From assembly GCA_965232515.1 (NCBI GenBank), contig CBDDPY010000002.1:3232001-3296000 (forward strand): a stretch of DNA of 64,000 bases, in the 5' to 3' direction. The notes below the pieces were generated by a model. It did no database searches. It saw only the letters and a program-made list of their open reading frames with translations, and was not told the DNA's origin. Positions 60,658 to 64,000 of the stretch are shown piece after piece. Both the position numbers and the translations under genes were made by a program. Each line of letters starts with the position of its first letter. Position 1 is the first letter of the stretch. This DNA comes from Alphaproteobacteria bacterium (GTDB taxonomy: Bacteria > Pseudomonadota > Alphaproteobacteria > GCA-2731375).

Positions 60658-61512
60658 CTAATGATCGGCGCCGGCCTGCAACAGCAACCGGGCGAGCGCG
60701 CGATCGCCGCGCAGCGCGGCGATGGCGAGCGGTGTCGAACCCTGCGGCGAGCGAGCTCGGGCGTCGGCGCCGGCCGCCAGCAGCACCTTGGCGACACGCG
60801 CCGCGCCGCCATAGGCCGCCAGATGCAAGGGCGTCAGGCCGCTGCCGATCGACAGGTGAACGTCCGCGCCGCCGCCCAGCAGTAAATCGACAACCCGGCC
60901 ATGGCCGGCGTAGGCCGCCTTGTGCAAGGGCGTCCAGCCGCCGTAGTTGGCCAGATTCGGGTCAGCGCCCGCGCGCAGCAGCCGGCTGACGAGATGCGGC
61001 TGATTGGTCTCGGCCGCCATCGACAGCGCCGTATTGCCGTTTCGGTCGCGAAAATCGACCGCGGCGCCCTGGGACAGCAGCATGGCGGCGATTTCCCCGT
61101 TGCCGCGCGCCGCGGTGACGATCAAAGGCGTCGCGCCGGTCTCGGCGTGGCGGCTGTCGGGCGCCGCGCCATGGCCGAGCAGCAATGCGACGACATCCGC
61201 ATGCCCGCAACCGGCGGCCTCGATCAGGGCCGTCATGCCACGATCGTCGCGGTGCCGCATGTCGGCGCCGGCGGCCAACAGGATCCGCACGATGCCGCTG
61301 TCCCCGCGCCTGGCGGCGCGGATCAACGCGGTGGCGCCGCGCTGGTCGACCGCGTTGACGTCAGCGCCGTCGGCGAGCAAGGCCAGCACGGCGCGCCGAT
61401 CCTGTTGTTCCGCCGCTTCGGGCAGGGTAGAGGCGAATGCCGGACAGACAGCGATGGCGAGGACGGGTCCGATAAGCCATCGAATCCGCTTGCGGGTCGG
61501 GAAAGTACGCAT
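60658..61512 (-). CDS. Ankyrin repeat protein with probable signal peptide
   Basis: About 7-8 G.T(P/A)L..AA..G...LL..GAD repeats. The start could be 61512 or 61560. Confidence 0.9.
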   Translation of the reverse strand: MRTFPTRKRIRWLIGPVLAIAVCPAFASTLPEAAEQQDRRAVLALLADGADVNAVDQRGATALIRAARRGDSGIVRILLAAGADMRHRDDRGMTALIEAAGCGHADVVALLLGHGAAPDSRHAETGATPLIVTAARGNGEIAAMLLSQGAAVDFRDRNGNTALSMAAETNQPHLVSRLLRAGADPNLANYGGWTPLHKAAYAGHGRVVDLLLGGGADVHLSIGSGLTPLHLAAYGGAARVAKVLLAAGADARARSPQGSTPLAIAALRGDRALARLLLQAGADH

Positions 61513-61696
61513 CTTCGGCCTCTTGCAAAGGCAAACTGAACCGCGTGCACTCTCGGCCATCGGCGTTTCCGCACGATGTCGCGAACCGCAACAACGTGTT
61601 TCAATTGTTGGCGGGCCGAAGCTTGAGAAATGCCGTCAGTTAAGACGGCGCGGGCGCCGGATTCGTGACAATCCGCCGCCGCGGTTCAGACGGGGC

Positions 61697-63037
61697 TCAG
61701 CCGTCCTGCTCGATGCCTTCCGGGTCGCCGACAACCACGATCAGCAGGTTGTCGGGCGTCAACAGCCGCTCGGCGACCCGCTTGATGTCGTCGAGCGTGA
61801 CCGCGTTGATATAGTCCGGCCGCCGGTCGATATAGTCGATGCCGAGATTCTGGCGCTGAATGGCGACCAGAAGCCGCGCGATGCCGGCGCCGCTGGTCAA
61901 GCGCAGCGGAAACGAGCCGTTGAGGTAGGTCTTGGCGTCGGCCAGTTCTTCGGCCGTGATGCCCTCGTCCCTCAGCCGCCGCAGCTCAGAGCGGAAGATA
62001 TCCAGCGACTCGCCGACGCGCGCGTTCTGGGTGCCGACGCCGCCGGCATAGATGCCGGTATGCTGCAGCGGCAGCAGATAGCTGTAGACGGAATAGGCGA
62101 GACCCCGCTTCTCGCGCACCTCGTCGTTGAGGCGCGAGCCCAGGCCGCCGCCGCCAAGCACATAATTCATGACGAAAGCCGCATACCAATCGGGATCGTC
62201 GCGCTTGATGCCGCGCATGCCGAGGAAGACGACGCTTTGCGGGATGTCCTTGCGCACGACCGTCAGACGGTCGTCTTCCGGCGGCGCCACGTCTGGCACA
62301 TCGACGGGCGTGGCTGTGGCCGGCAGACCGCCGAAGGCGTGATCGAGCAACGGACCGAGCGCCGCCGGCGTGATGTCGCCGACAACGCCGACAATCAGAT
62401 TGTCGCGCGCGAAACGCTGCGCCACGAACTGCCTGAGGTCGTCCGTTGTGATCGCCTTGACGCTGTCGATGGTGCCGTCGGCCGGGCGACCGTAGACATG
62501 GTCGGGGAACGCCGTCTCGAACCAGGTCCGGCTGGCGATGCTGCCCGGATCTTCCAGCTCGCGCGTGAGACCGACGATGATCTGCTGGCGGATGCGCTCG
62601 ACCGGAACGGAATCGAAACGCGGTTCGTTGATGGCGAGCCGCAGCATCTCGAAGGCCGCGTCGCGGTTGCGGCTCAGGGTCTTGAAACTGCCGCCGAACC
62701 GGTCGCGGCCGGAATCGAAGCGCAACCGGACGGCGAGGTCTTCCAGCCGGGTCTGATAGGCCAGGCTGTCGAGCTCGCCGGCGCCCTCGTCGAGCAGGCC
62801 CGAGACCATGTTGGCGAGCCCTTCCTTGCCGGCCGGATCGAGCGCGGCGCCGCCGGTGAAGATGAACTCGACCGAAATCACCGGCACCGAGGGCTCCTGA
62901 ACGAGCCAGGCCTTGATGCCGCCGGGGCTGACGACCTCGGTGATCTCGGTCGGCGCGGCGACCACTGTCGAACTCAGGCCGATCGACAGGAATGCCGCGG
63001 CGGCTGACGCCGTCAGGCGGGCATGACGGAAATACAT
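61697..63037 (-). CDS. M16 peptidase family, non-catalytic subunit
   Basis: Signal peptide, GIKAWLV, no HxxEH, SRL..EVREKRGLAYSV. Confidence 0.9.
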   Translation of the reverse strand: MYFRHARLTASAAAAFLSIGLSSTVVAAPTEITEVVSPGGIKAWLVQEPSVPVISVEFIFTGGAALDPAGKEGLANMVSGLLDEGAGELDSLAYQTRLEDLAVRLRFDSGRDRFGGSFKTLSRNRDAAFEMLRLAINEPRFDSVPVERIRQQIIVGLTRELEDPGSIASRTWFETAFPDHVYGRPADGTIDSVKAITTDDLRQFVAQRFARDNLIVGVVGDITPAALGPLLDHAFGGLPATATPVDVPDVAPPEDDRLTVVRKDIPQSVVFLGMRGIKRDDPDWYAAFVMNYVLGGGGLGSRLNDEVREKRGLAYSVYSYLLPLQHTGIYAGGVGTQNARVGESLDIFRSELRRLRDEGITAEELADAKTYLNGSFPLRLTSGAGIARLLVAIQRQNLGIDYIDRRPDYINAVTLDDIKRVAERLLTPDNLLIVVVGDPEGIEQDG

Positions 63038-63049
63038 CGGGCCGATCTC

Positions 63050-64000
63050 CTAACCTGTCGGCTTGGGCAAAAGAATGCTGGTCACCGATCGACGGATATC
63101 CAGAACGTAAGCGGCGGCGGCCGTGACGTCTTCGATGGTCACCGCCTCAACCTGATCGGGCCAGGACTCGACCTGTTCGACGGTCAGGCCGGAGGTCAGC
63201 GCCGCGCCGAAGATCCGTGGCCCGGAGCGGAGATTGTCGCGCGCGTAGATCGCGGCCGCGAGCAGGATGTTCTTGGCACGTTCCAGTTCGGCCCTGGTGA
63301 TCGGCGTCGTCAGCGCCTTTTCCAGCGTCTTGTCCATTGCGGCTTCCACGGCCCCGACATCGCCGCCGGGGACCGGCGTGGCGTAGAGGTAGAAGGTCGT
63401 CGCATCGAGGCTGACGCCGCGATAGAAGGCGCCGGCCGAGCTCGCCAGCTTCTGCTCGACCACGAGATCGCGGTAGAGCCGGCTGGTGGTGCCGCCGCCC
63501 AGGATCTCGGCGAAGACCTGCAGCGGCACGGCGTGCTGGCTGTTGGTCGACGCCCGGCTGGGGGCCAGATAGGTCCGGCGCAGCGACGGCTGACGCACGC
63601 GCGGATCTTCCATGGTGACGCGCCGGGCCGCCAGCTGCGGCGGCTCCTGCGGCCGGTGACGCAACGCCACCTCGCGTGCCGGGATCGCGCCATAGTGCTT
63701 TTCGGCCAGGCTGCGCACCTGACCGGGCGTGACGTCGCCGGCGACGATCAGGATGGCGTTGTTGGGCGCATAGTGCTTTTCATAGAAGTCGAGCGCATCC
63801 TCACGGCTCAAGAGCTTCATTTCATGCTCCCAGCCGATGATCGGGATGCCGTAGGGGTGCGACTTGTACTGGGTCGCGCGGGCCGCTTCCGACAGCTGCG
63901 CGCCGGGATCGTTGTCGGTGCGCGACCGCCGCTCCTCCAGGATCACCAGCCGCTCGGTCTGCACGTCTTCTTCGGCCAGCCGCAGGTTCACCATGCGGTC
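63050..64000 (-). CDS. M16 peptidase family, partner subunit (5' end outside the window)
   Basis: ERLVILEERR, HPYG.PIIGW, Y.PNNA.LIVAGD, SRLYR.LV. Confidence 0.9.
   Translation of the reverse strand, partial: DRMVNLRLAEEDVQTERLVILEERRSRTDNDPGAQLSEAARATQYKSHPYGIPIIGWEHEMKLLSREDALDFYEKHYAPNNAILIVAGDVTPGQVRSLAEKHYGAIPAREVALRHRPQEPPQLAARRVTMEDPRVRQPSLRRTYLAPSRASTNSQHAVPLQVFAEILGGGTTSRLYRDLVVEQKLASSAGAFYRGVSLDATTFYLYATPVPGGDVGAVEAAMDKTLEKALTTPITRAELERAKNILLAAAIYARDNLRSGPRIFGAALTSGLTVEQVESWPDQVEAVTIEDVTAAAAYVLDIRRSVTSILLPKPTG

Overview
This is a GC-rich alphaproteobacterial chromosome segment (Rhodospirillales-like by gene order and repeat types; inference). It holds about 55 genes. Transport and catabolism: a partial Rieske dioxygenase alpha subunit that the ORF track misses, two Liv-type and one Dpp-type ABC importers with linked hydrolases, a cytochrome bd/CIO oxidase and a signal-peptide-bearing formamidase. 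Secretion: a type I cassette (1049-aa repeat/RTX-tail protein plus PrtD- and PrtE-like exporters). Other modules: a coupled NMP-phosphorylase-like/Prs-like/beta-CASP nuclease operon and a CoxD/CoxE pair flanked by two M14 hydrolases. Core genes: tadA, rluB-like, rsmD, mutL and an M16 peptidase pair. Between mutL and the M16 genes is an accessory islet with an OxyR-like LysR, an atypical cupredoxin, a flavoprotein disulfide reductase and TVP38, then ArsR-SRPBCC-GST, a C2-like orphan and an ankyrin protein. Both intact IS elements (IS5, IS30) sit inside REP-like palindromes, and the IS30 transposase takes its stop codon from its target. The best candidates for poorly described systems are the LysR-cupredoxin-reductase-TVP38 module, the RNA-to-NMP salvage triad, the T1SS substrate and the exported formamidase pair. 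I found no CRISPR array, tRNA or rRNA. All calls come from reading motifs by eye; no database searches were run.
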